This document shows, one piece after another, positions 1-10,519 of a stretch of DNA of 20,000 nucleotides; within the stretch, counting starts at the first letter, position 1; each line of letters begins with the position of its first letter. Position numbers and translations under genes: made by a program. Origin of the DNA: Asterionella formosa (Eukaryota); contig NKIB01012997.1 of the NCBI GenBank assembly GCA_002256025.1, positions 45,953 through 65,952 on the forward strand, given 5' to 3'. The notes under the pieces are model-generated. The model did no database searches. It was not told the DNA's origin and saw nothing but the letters and a program-made list of their open reading frames with translations.

Positions 1-354
1 TCAACTGCATGCTTTTATTTAGCCTCTAGACCACCGCTACAACATAAATGAAATACATAAATGATATATAATATATCCTAAACGTGACTATATTATGTAG
101 TATGTAAATCAATGAAAATTATTTTACTGGTCGTAGCTATACAGGGGCGATCTTAACAGAGGTACAAATAATTTATTATTTTTTTATAAAATTTTGTCTT
201 CAGAAAAAATGAATCTTTACAGAGAAACATTTCACAAGTAAATCTCAGTAACGGCAAAACAGTTTGCTTTTTCTTCGTTTCTCTGCAAACATGTGCATCA
301 GATTCCCGCTTCAATTATACAACCTGTCTGATGATCTTCATTACTCAAATAACA

Positions 355-1663
355 ATGACAAATTGACAAGAAGAAGCTGACAGTTGGGCTGTCATTGACA
401 ATCTTGATTTAGAACAGAAAATACAAGCGGAACAACAGCGCTTTCTGTTACCTGCAGCAGTTGCATTATCATTTTTGGAATCCTATGGACAAAACTCAAA
501 GCCAGTGCAATCAGCAAAATGGGAGCATCAATGACTTGACTGGAATGATCATGTCATAGAGCTTCTCCATGAGAATAGGTTTCATCGTAAATATTGCATG
601 TCTCCAAGCTTTCAATCACTTACTGCAACTACTTCGACCTTCCATCACAGTTGATGCTGTCAAATCAAATGCAAGTTCCGGTTTATACAGCACAAATCAG
701 CATATTTATCCCAAGTTGATTCACGCCATCGGCCTTCACTGGCTTGCAGGCGGAAACCTTATGGACATATGTCATGTCTGTGGAGTTTCTTATCCATCTC
801 TTTATGCAATCACTAAAACATTCCTTGATGCGGTGAACTCTTGGGCAGCATTATCAATAAAATTACCTAAAACAAACAAGGATAAACAAACAGTGATGAA
901 TGGATTCCTTGAAGAAACGAGCATCAACTATTTCATGGATGCATTGGTGCTGTAGAGGATGGATATTTACAGCCTATTGCTAAATCAAGAAAAAGGATTG
1001 TGATGGCTTCCCTCAAGCATATTGGTCTGGGCATTATATGTCATATGGATTGAATGTTCAAGCTGTTTGCGACAGTAATTATTGGTTTTTATACTTTGGT
1101 GTTGTGGCACCAGGAAAATGTCCAGATCAGAAGGCATTTGAAAGAACAAAACTTTTTCAGATTGTATCCAAACTTTGTCCAGGACAATACAAAGTAGATG
1201 ATGCTGATTACACATTGACTGATCAAGTCCTCTGTCCCTTTGTTGGAAATCAAAGGGAATCAACAAACAAAGATGTATACAACTTTTTACTTTCGCAACT
1301 ATGCATTAGAATTGAGATGACATTTGGGTTGGTGGATCCTGATGACATCCTTGTCCTTCAGCCTGAAGAAATCAGTTGCTATTCTTTCTGCTTGAAGCGT
1401 ACACAATTTTTGCCTACTCATGGATGATAATAGAAATAAGAAACTTGCTAATGGATTTGAATTTCTGACTAGTTTGGAGCTTGTTGATTCAATACCAAAT
1501 GCCCCTCTTGAGTGGGCCTTATCTTCCAACTGTCAGGAAATTGGATGTAGTTCAAGGTCCTCAACAAATTCAGCAAATTATTCTTGATGTTGTCACCAAC
1601 AATGGGTTTAGGTGGCCTCCAGCTAATATGTTGCGCCAACAACATGAACTTACTGAAATATGA
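355..1663 (+). pseudogene. Decayed PIF/Harbinger-superfamily DDE transposase (DDE_Tnp_4 / HARBI1-like), broken by stops and frameshifts
   Basis: Joining frames gives LDWNDHV..LLHENRFHRKY.MS..AFNHLLQLL, an HTH-like segment (LHWLAGGNLMDIC...GVSYPSLY), FHGCIGAVEDGYL (first catalytic D, about 932-970), YWSGHYMSYGLNVQAVCD, VAPGKCPD, VDDADY (second D) and IRIEMTFG (E). In-frame TGA stops at 364-366 and 532-534 plus several frameshifts. Start ATG 355 is tentative. Confidence 0.88.
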
Positions 1664-1779
1664 TAAATGTAGCATACAAATAGTAACTGGAAGAAATTTG
1701 ATTCAAAGGAGGTAGTAACAACCAAATTAGAAATATAATAGCTACCCTAATTATGATTAGTAGGTGCATCCTCACTGGT

Positions 1780-2677
1780 TTAAATGAGATCTACAAAATT
1801 CTTTGTCAGTGCATCCATGGCTTCAAAAGGCTTGGCTTCAACAAAATGCACTGACATTCTCTGATACTCTTTACCATCAAAATGTTGTGACACTTCATTG
1901 CTTGCTACTTCAGCCTGAGCTTCCTTAAACTTTTTTCGGTACATACTTACAACCACCATTAGTATTTCCCTTTCTCGTTTAACAGCAAGAGTTGTTTGTG
2001 TTAATTCTGTGTTGGAACTTTGAGAGGCAAGCAAGTGCCATTTGTGTATGGCGTTCATCTGCTTTTGAAAATTCTCTAAGAGATTTGACCACTTGTTTGA
2101 ATATTTATCAAGCTCATTGCTGGCATATTTTCTCCCTTTTTCTTTGAACAGGGAGCTTGGCAACTTTATCCTCTGCATGAAGAACATGACTTAGACTGTC
2201 CACAGCATGTGTAGGCATGGAAATGTGGCACCTGTTGAGGCCATAAATGATAGTACAAACAGTAAGGCTGGGAAATGGTCAAAATTGTGGTGTTGACCAG
2301 CAGAAAATTTGCTATTATTGAAACAGATCTTGTAATGCGCATTTAGAAATTCCATATTCTCTGACAATTGTTTGCTATCCAACTTATTCTTGCTTGGGAG
2401 GTCATCCACATTTCTTAATGATCTGGGACTTTTCAGAATCATTGTCTAATAAAATATCGGCAGGGAATGGAAATGAAAAAGCCAATAATTGGGAAGAAGG
2501 TAATTTGGAATCTGTACTAGAATGATCATTGGCAATATTCTCTCTGGTGGCGGCAGAAAGTTGCTTTGATAGTAGACAAGGAGACTTCCTTGTTGACAGT
2601 TCAGGAGTAAATTGAGCTTCATTTCTTTTGCAGATACTGCTTCGGTTTTTTGAATGACCTTTTGTAGTACCCCATCA
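1780..2677 (-). pseudogene. Decayed second ORF of the Harbinger element (putative DNA-binding partner protein), convergent with the transposase
   Basis: Fragmented minus-strand ORFs (1780-2187, 2191-2442 and upstream pieces) lie tail-to-tail with the transposase in similarly CpG-poor sequence. One frame reads RKSP[C]LL...KK[C]G[*]PPKQ, which becomes RKSPRLL...KKRGRPPKQ if CpG>TpG changes are reverted. A two-ORF layout is established for PIF/Harbinger. The 5' boundary is approximate. Confidence 0.55.
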
Positions 2678-3063
2678 TACTACTTGAAAGAGACTTGGAA
2701 GAAGACAAACTCTGAACTTGATGGGATCTTGGGATTTCTGGGTGAGTAAGCAAGAGAAAATTCGAAAGCAAATGAATTCGTCCACCACTCCGTGCTCATC
2801 TTCAAAACCATCAATAAACGATGACAATTCAAATTAGGTGGAAGCGAACAACGACGATATGACTGTCGAAATAGGAATGTCATCTGAAGCAGAAATCGAT
2901 AGCCACGCAGCCTTAATGGTCTTGTCGCTTGACTCAAACTGCCTTAGAGGTCCCACCGCTTCACTCGAGCTGTTTGTCACCATGATAGAAACGTACATAA
3001 CTAAATATATGGTAGAAAGAACAATACCGAATAATCTCTAGGGTGTACAAGGGTATTAACTAA

Positions 3064-4218
3064 TTATGTACTAGCTCGGGCCATGTTTCTATAACCATTG
3101 CCGAGACAACTCAAAAGGACTGTCTTGGTTTCATGATCAGCAAGAATTTTAAACTCCACATTGAATGCCTCCTTGAATAGTCTAAGGGATCCGATGGTAT
3201 ACTGACTTAATGTTCCCAGTCGTACTCTGGCAACATCTTCAGGACCCAAGCACATCAGCATCAAAACGACGGATTGCGCGGACGTGTCCGCGCATCCTCC
3301 TCGACGAATCTCTTCCAGAAGCATGGCGGCACCTCTAGTTCCAATATCCTCTGGAAGTTCAAGTCCTCGTGGTTGATTGGGATCCATGCAACATTCTGCT
3401 GTTATGACAACACCTGTTGTACTTTCTGCTGAGAGAACAAGTCCCAGCCCTGGACTAGGTCCACATGTCTTACTCGAATGAACATCTGTATGAATCCAAA
3501 CATCTGGAAGCATTCTATGCAGAAGACCCTTGGCCGAGTGAGCGACTCGAGCAGCAGAACTAGGCGGAATTTTACAGGTTGTGGCGTTGCCTCGCACTCT
3601 CTTGAACTTGCCAGGATCCAACAAATTCAGAGGCAAAAGTTCCTTGATAATGGGGCAGTAAAATTCGACTCTTCCACCTCCACATGGAGATGCTCCTCGC
3701 TTCGTCACTCGCATGTATGGAGGAGCGGCTTCATCTTCGTGAACACCAACTCCAAAGTGAGCGAGTAAGGGAAGTATAGATCTCTGTAGATAGTCCGGGG
3801 AGGGATCCATTTCGCACGTCCCGTCAGTGATTCCGGTCAATGTCAAGTACAAATGATCTTTTCCGAACATTGCCAGTGGCAAAATACCTTCTAAAAACCA
3901 GCCGACTCCTCGTGCTTTATACAGAGGTTCAACATCCTTGTCAGGAACTGGGCATGCATGTTCTAAATCCCCTCCAAGCAACACGCCTGGCTTGAAGCGC
4001 AACTGAGTTCCAGTCGCGTTGATTTCTATGCTACTACCATTCGTCATACGGTCCAGTAGTCTTAAAAAAGATGCTTCATAGTCTCGAAGTCCTGGATGGT
4101 CAAGATCATCGGATCGAATGTTGCGAATCAACACTGGGCGATTCGAAAGAATGGACACTACGAGGCGCTGGCGAAACTGCACAGCGCCATCATCAAATTT
4201 GAGAGTTGCTCCTGGCAT
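3064..4218 (-). CDS. RCL1: RNA 3'-terminal phosphate cyclase-like protein (18S rRNA biogenesis factor Rcl1), 384 aa, single exon
   Basis: Typical Rcl1 motifs: FRQRLVVSILSNRPVLIRNIRSDD..PGLRDYEASFLRLLD..TNGS.IEINATGT.L.FKPG, LTLTGIT, KRG..P.GGG.V.F, LPDVWIHTD, SPG.GL.L.AESTTG, PEDIG..A..LLEEI..GG..D, C.G.GY.N. It lacks the adenylated catalytic His motif of true RtcA (reads CADTSAQ). Confidence 0.96.
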   Translation of the reverse strand: MPGATLKFDDGAVQFRQRLVVSILSNRPVLIRNIRSDDLDHPGLRDYEASFLRLLDRMTNGSSIEINATGTQLRFKPGVLLGGDLEHACPVPDKDVEPLYKARGVGWFLEGILPLAMFGKDHLYLTLTGITDGTCEMDPSPDYLQRSILPLLAHFGVGVHEDEAAPPYMRVTKRGASPCGGGRVEFYCPIIKELLPLNLLDPGKFKRVRGNATTCKIPPSSAARVAHSAKGLLHRMLPDVWIHTDVHSSKTCGPSPGLGLVLSAESTTGVVITAECCMDPNQPRGLELPEDIGTRGAAMLLEEIRRGGCADTSAQSVVLMLMCLGPEDVARVRLGTLSQYTIGSLRLFKEAFNVEFKILADHETKTVLLSCLGNGYRNMARAST

Positions 4219-4473
4219 GATGAGGGAAATTCGTTTTTCGTTTTATGAATAAAAGGCCAGATGAGATGGATTCGAGTCATTAGATGCAGGGTGGCAGAGA
4301 GTGGTTCATCAAATATTTCTGGGAACACAAATATGGATGCATGTCATGAATATTTTCACGTTGCTCCGCAAAATGTCGTCTTTGCCATTACAAATAACAT
4401 GTTACGGTATACATGCTATTATTTATATATTTATATATGTATGTACGTACGACATCATGCATTCGATTGCCTC

Positions 4474-4491
4474 GTACCTGGTACCAGGTAC
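4474..4491. repeat. Perfect 18-bp palindrome GTACCTGGTACCAGGTAC upstream of RCL1
   Basis: The sequence equals its own reverse complement. It belongs to a motif family recurring across the window. Confidence 0.9.
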
Positions 4492-5037
4492 ATGTGGTCG
4501 ACCTGTATGAATATCCAGATAAATGTTTGAAATGGTATCATAGCTTAGAATGAGTTTCACTAATAATTGGTGGCCGAGAGTGGTCTGGAAAATAGAATGT
4601 CTAATCCATGGAACCTTTTCAATCGCAACTGTAGTGCATAATGGTCAAGTCAATTCATGGCAAATTCTTACCTACCTGTACATACAGTATCCTATGGTGC
4701 CAGGTTGTCAGAGTACCTTGTACCAGTACCAGGAAGGTCCGGTAATCGAGATTCCGGTATATAACTCAGTCTTTTCTTAAGTATAAAACGTGTTTTACCG
4801 GACCTTCCAGGTGGGCATATATTTCCTTGTTTTGTAGAATCAGTGACTTGGGTCATGACTCAGCCATACCTAGGCAGAAGCACTCCTCATAGAGATGGAT
4901 GATGAGATTTTATCTGTTAAGAAAAGTTGTATCATCATTGTTATAAATTTGTTATCATCAATCAACAGTACATTTTAATTGTTGACCATGTCGAGCCCCT
5001 GAAAATTGTGGTAAAAACTTGCTAGCTAATTCCCATA

Positions 5038-5346
5038 TAGGAATCATACTCTAATGATAATCTGTTTTAAAGCCCATTCGTGCTCCCCTTTTTCAAGGCA
5101 AGAATTCCTCATTGTGCTACCTGCCAACAAGACCTGTGTTTCCCTAGGTTTGTTAGCATAGATGAATCCCCAACTAGCTACCTTTTGTGAACAGTGATTG
5201 TCTTAGCCGCAGCATTAGGGGAAACTCCGACCGACTAGGAAGGCGGCACAAGCTGCTTGTAGGCAAACCCACTATTCCTTGCACACCAGGCAAGACCATC
5301 AGGGACAGCCAGCCACAATAAGGAGTGTGATTAGGAATCATACTCT
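5038..5346 (-). mobile_element. 279-bp insertion flanked by a perfect 15-bp direct repeat (probable TSD); likely a SINE or 5'-truncated non-LTR retrotransposon 3' end
   Basis: TAGGAATCATACTCT occurs at 5038-5052 and 5332-5346. The insert 5053-5331 is more GC-rich than its flanks and on the minus strand ends in ...TTTTAAAACAGATTATCATT, a short ATT/ATC-like tail. Strand and element class are inferred. Confidence 0.65.
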
Positions 5347-6823
5347 GTTTCATTAGTATTGCTTCATAGAAATATTTTACAGTGTTTATTACATATGTTT
5401 TGCTCTCCTATGTCATAGTCAATGGCTGGGTGGTTGACAACAAAGGTTTTCCAAAAAACCTGTTAGAATTTTTTTCGATTGTCTGACCAAAACCGAAACC
5501 GAACCAAACCAAAACTATGTGCTTTGTTTTGTCTTTCGGTCCACGGTTAGCAGTATTGGCCTCACTTCTATAAAACTAACAAAATGCAAACGTTTCAAGG
5601 AGGCTAATCCTCAAGAAGAAACCTAACTTGTTTTAATGTGATCGATCCTAAATTTTAGTTGCCTGTTACTACTTGAGTCACTGGAAAAGGTGGTCCCAGC
5701 TGTTACCAACCCCGTTCCAAATGTGCTATATTGTGCTTCAATACTAATAAATCTTTGGGATTGATATTTAATCCCCTCGTATGTTTGTTAACAATATGAT
5801 CATGCGAACGATGGGGCGTTACTATTGGTAAATTCTTTCATTCAAAGGTGACCAAAAGTATACAGGTCCTCAGACAGGATGTAACAGGAAAATGACGACA
5901 ATCAATCTTAGATTATGGTCGTCTTCAAAACTTACAAAATGAAGATGATGGTGACAACAGAATAAATAGGTGGTTAGCATTACAATACAGCACTTTGGAA
6001 TCATGTGTTTGAATCGCACTCAAATGGAGAGATACCGCTGTTTTGCATCATTTCCTTTTATTTTACCAGTAAACAACTAGAATCCACTAATGAGGACTTG
6101 ATTGAAACAAATAAAAGTTATCTCGTATTTAACAGGAGATCCCAAGTTGCAAATGCATAACATATTGTAATATAGTGGCAGCACTTGTTGCCTTAGCTCT
6201 TACCCAACTGGATAACTATTACCTATAAAGTGTTAGGAAGCGGTGTGTCTTCTTGTTGGCAGTGAATAGGCCCAGTTTGATGAGCATAGGGTGTGTGCAT
6301 TGATTTGGATGATTGGGATGCGGCTATATTCATGATTCAAGTGTCTATGCAACAAAATTCTATCTTGAGACCAGTCGGGATCACTGGAGACTAATAATCT
6401 GCCAGTGACAAAATAGTCATATGCTGCTATGATAATATAAGAAATGTCGCTGGAAATATGGGGAAATGGTTGGATGAAAAAGGTTTACACATAACATGGT
6501 AATTTTTTCAACTCCATAGCCACATACATTCTTACAGCATTTTCAAGAAAACTAGCTTGCTGGTCCACATGTTGTTGAGACATGACTGCATTGCAGAAAT
6601 GGACCTTAAAAGTAGCGAAGATGATACATCTCTAAGGATTGCTGGTTGTAGACCTGTCGTTTTGTGGGAGTGCTGCTGTTGCAGCCTATTTCTTGACCTA
6701 GCTATTATTCAGGACTTGATAACTCTTGACTCCTTACACATCCCAGACCACTTAAACGCCCTATTCTATCCAACATTATCACTGGCTTGAAATCAGTGGT
6801 CGCCGAACGGCGAAACAAAGTGA

Positions 6824-7519
6824 TTACAATAGCCTTTGTTTCTTGATCGCTGGTACTTCGATTTTCTCACGAATCATAAGGTTGAACTGAACAATAGTTT
6901 GGTCGTCGTCTGAAACTTCACTCAGCTTTTCCTTCATTATGCCAGACACCAGGATAAACATTTCTTTCATTGCAGCCTTTTCGCCCAAGCAATGATTCAA
7001 TTGTCCCAAATTATTTAGCAGCGAAAGCTCAAGGACCGGATTGTCCATCGTCAACAATCTCCCATCAATGACAAGTGTTTTGACCAGCCCGTAAAGATCG
7101 TTCGCTTTCTGCAAGTCAGCCTTGTAATCCTTCAAATCCACCTTGCCACCCTTCATTTTATCAAGCCCTCTTATGTGAAACATATATGCCAAATTGTAAA
7201 GAATGACAATGATGGTCAACTCGACAGAGTCATTCTCTGGTGGTACCTTGAAGACTTTATGCAGCAGTAAGCAAGTCCCATCTGAAGGATTCTCATTGTG
7301 ACCAACCCTGTTCGCCAGTGTTACCACTGCCAGCTGCATTTGAGCTCCTCCCTTAATGTTTGCATTTCTAACTTTCGTACCCAAACCCTCGAGCAATTGC
7401 ATTGCCATCCCTGTGGCTTCTTGTTGTAGCTTCATCGCCTCAATGGCATTTCCTCCCTTTAGCATTATGATGCTCCTGTTGTTCAATCCCGTTGCTTTTG
7501 TGAACAATGGCATTATCAT
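6824..7519 (-). CDS. Uncharacterised TPR-like alpha-helical protein (about 231 aa) resembling a family expanded in diatoms
   Basis: Long ORF with TPR-like helices LNNRSIIMLKGGNAIEAMKL, IIVILYNLAYMFHIRG, LQKANDLYGL and LLNNLGQLNHCLGE, and a basic tail KKQRLL. The first ATG is at 7519 (alternative 7513); the ORF track start at 7528 is TTG. Confidence 0.75.
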   Translation of the reverse strand: MIMPLFTKATGLNNRSIIMLKGGNAIEAMKLQQEATGMAMQLLEGLGTKVRNANIKGGAQMQLAVVTLANRVGHNENPSDGTCLLLHKVFKVPPENDSVELTIIVILYNLAYMFHIRGLDKMKGGKVDLKDYKADLQKANDLYGLVKTLVIDGRLLTMDNPVLELSLLNNLGQLNHCLGEKAAMKEMFILVSGIMKEKLSEVSDDDQTIVQFNLMIREKIEVPAIKKQRLL

Positions 7520-8855
7520 GTAATACAATGTTCAATACAATACCACTTCGAAACTTTGTGAAAAGGCGAACGATGATGATGTTGTTCAATATAATGAGCA
7601 AGTTCTGGTACCAAGGCAGGACAGCACTATTGGGAATCCTGATGGGGCTCACGAGAGTTGAAGTCTTAGCACCATTACATTTCGGTTTCACATGTATTCG
7701 TAGTAGATGTAGACTACCGGAAGTTCCGTTATTGTATATTATTTTTCAACATATGCCGGTACTACCTGGTATCGTGCAGGATACGTGATTAATTTCACCG
7801 GTTCTTAGTTTTTCCCTCTTGTTGTTCGCTTGTATTTTCTATATACGAGCAGCTAAACAAATACATAGGCTGATGGGAACATCTATACTTAAGTACTGTA
7901 ATGATGAAAACAACGAAAATGTCGTATCACTCTGCCTTTAGCGGTCAACGACAGCAAGTATGCCGGTGTACCGGTGTATGACACACATATATATATGAAT
8001 TGTATATACCGGTATTCTATGCTTTGATGACGAGCAGAAGACGCACGACTAAAACACAGTGATGACCCCATGAGGCTGCGTCAGTGTCCTCTGACGTTTA
8101 TTGGAGGATGACAACATGGAATTTCCCACGTATGCCTGCAATCATACAGTATTACCAGTGAAAAGAAGATGTTGCCTTATGTGGAAAGGTTGACCAGACG
8201 TTCCACTTGAGAGGCGCCGCTCGTAGCAGCCAGCAGGGGGAGAAGGATGACCGCCCACGACCCGGGGTGGTTTGGTAACAAATACGCAACACGTTGAGCG
8301 CTTGTTGGACTTGTTGATGTTCTCTAGCCCGGCTGTGCTCAATTTTATGTAGAAATAAAGAACGCTGACATTCTGTACCGGTAGTCCGTACGGGTAGTCC
8401 GTCCGGAAACAGTAGCCTCGTTTACCAAGAATAGCTTTACATGGTAAATATGATTTAGAGCTTATGAAGTACTCCGAGTACCGGTACATGTTTGTCTGTC
8501 GACCGGAAAAGTAGGCTACTTCTTATTGCTTTCCTTGTGAAGATACTCGAATAATTGTTTTCGAGCGGAGGATGTCCATCCAAACCATGCTGATACCTGA
8601 ACCACACAACCGTGATATCCTTGTGTCATGTCGTCAATGTGGACGACCCACAAGTAAGACTACTAGGTACCATATGCTGCTATGTTAATCATTTTTACAG
8701 TCCGTGCTTACTCTTGACCATTATGGTTGGCCATACTTGCTGATTGCAACAACCCAGCATTGCAATTCCTCTGGTATGTACGACTGGTCAGTGCAAGAAT
8801 GATGCCATGCCAGTTACATCATGGAGACTACCCAAATAACCATAGAAGAATAACA

Positions 8856-8876
8856 GTACCTGGTACTACCAGGTAC
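8856..8876. repeat. Inverted repeat GTACCTGGTA-C-TACCAGGTAC
   Basis: Perfect 10-bp arms with a 1-nt spacer; same motif as 4474-4491. Confidence 0.9.
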
Positions 8877-9911
8877 CTCTCCTCTGGTGAGGTTTATCTT
8901 GCTGAGCGAAGGCAATACACACCCGAGGTGGTCTCTTGCCTGCGAGTATACATGTGTTCAAGGCTGGGTGGCGCGAGTAGGTTGACCGCATGAGTGGCAC
9001 CCCCGGCGCTGTGAGAATCAGTTCAGTGATGATGCCAGTAGTGATTCATTGTCTAACAGATGTGGTTGGTTGTTGTATTGCTTGTCTTCTCCAGGGATTC
9101 ATGTAGTCGCATTGTCCATATTTCATAGGACGAACAATGATAGCAATAAATCTGATGTTGATGGCAAGTTTTTGCTCCGGTCATGCATCTGATGATGCTG
9201 CCTGAATGGATACTCTACCGGTAGTCATCTTTTCTACATAAATGACCATGCATGGTTTAAGCTATACTTTAATGCTTACTTTGAACACGTTATCATATTA
9301 CTCTGTTGAATTGGTATTATTTTTACAAGACCTGAATGTTAAATTATATTGTTCACATATTCTTTGATTTTACATACCGTATCCCGATTTCGTCGTCACA
9401 ATTATAGTTCTCACTCTATCTTGCCTGCCTTTGCTGTAGTTGGGCTTGCAATAGGCAACGTTCGTCTTTCTTTGATCCCATCGTCTGCTGCTTGTTATGA
9501 TAGTTGAAGCAGATCGGTGAGTACAACAGTGAAACACTGAATGTGGATTGTCAATTGTTTTTATCGACTTTCCGAATTGATTGCTTCCATGGTTTGTTTT
9601 GATCGCTTCCATCGTTGTTTGTCATTATGCACTGTCGTTTTTTTGATTGTATCTATCTACATAAGATCCAATTTATTTATCAATGGCTACTCATCGAAGA
9701 TGTAGTATTGTGCCCTTGTTGATTTGTATAATTGTTGACATTGATGTCAATATTGCCGCCAAGCAATGACTAATCTACTAAGAGTTCGTATCAGAAGCTA
9801 TGTATATTCAGCTAGAGGGAGTCGATAGTGCTGGAGCAGCCTGGCGATTATACTCAATCAGAATGGATTGGAATGGAATGATGATCAGGGTTGTTTGGTG
9901 GGAGGAGGAAC

Positions 9912-9950
9912 GAGGACTGTGGGCGGAAGGGGAGGACTGTGGGCGGAAGG
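9912..9950 (+). repeat. Tandem duplication, 20-bp period (GAGGACTGTGGGCGGAAGG x2)
   Basis: Identical 19-mers at 9912-9930 and 9932-9950. Confidence 0.9.
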
Positions 9951-10519
9951 ACTGCAACTTGTGTCAGGCTCCTACAGCGATGTGCATGGTTACAGCAAGC
10001 AGATCATCTATGCTACATAATGATGCAGGTCAAGATTGGGTTCAGCTTTTTCCCTTCTTATTTCGGTCGTTGATTGTGTGGTGATGGAAATTTAATTGCC
10101 TGTGTAAGTACTACAATGTCACAATGCATACATCTCCAATGGAAACTCTTATTTTTTACTTCATTTCTAACCCAAAACAATTTTTTCTATTTCTCATTTG
10201 ATGCTACTGATTACATCCCATTTCATACTTTGGTTGCTCCAAAAATTATGTTCAATTTTCATTGATGTTGCATTTTACAATCATTCTCGTGTGTTTTATG
10301 CTTGTTGTACCATCTCTATACATATTACCGTTATTCTGGCGGCAATTTTATTGCGGAAAAATTCGATGTGCCCCATATTGCCCTTGAATAAAAGTTACTT
10401 AAGAAATTACTTAGAGCCTAAAAATTACTTAAAAAGTACCCGAATGGCAAGACGATAGCTGGAGCGGGAATTGCTGTCATTAACTACCAGCGCGGATGAA
10501 ATCTAACAATTGTGCGCAA

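Larger units (their letters stand above)
355..2677. mobile_element. Relic PIF/Harbinger-like DNA transposon (internal region; TIRs and TSD not identified)
   Basis: Transposase pseudogene plus convergent companion pseudogene. No convincing terminal inverted repeats were found in the window. Confidence 0.75.

Noticed and set aside
140..2680. TIRs for the Harbinger element (GGGG at 144-147 versus CCCC at 2670-2673)
   Set aside because: Complementarity does not extend beyond 4 bp and there is no TAA/TTA target duplication.
3064..4218. Catalytic RNA cyclase RtcA as part of an RNA-repair system
   Set aside because: Sequence signatures are those of Rcl1 and the RtcA catalytic His motif is absent.
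5066..5315. Hammerhead-like (CTGATGG-stem-GAAT) and HDV-like (CGAATGGGC) ribozyme fragments on the minus strand of the insert
   Set aside because: The core deviates from CUGAUGA...GAAA and I could not build stems I/III or the HDV double pseudoknot. It would need an Infernal search.
9912..9950. CRISPR-like repeat or other prokaryotic defence array
   Set aside because: Only two adjacent copies without spacers, no cas genes, and a eukaryotic context.
7507..10458. Numerous 60-115 aa ORFs in the intergenic region
   Set aside because: No domain motifs, atypical composition and many non-ATG starts; consistent with chance ORFs.
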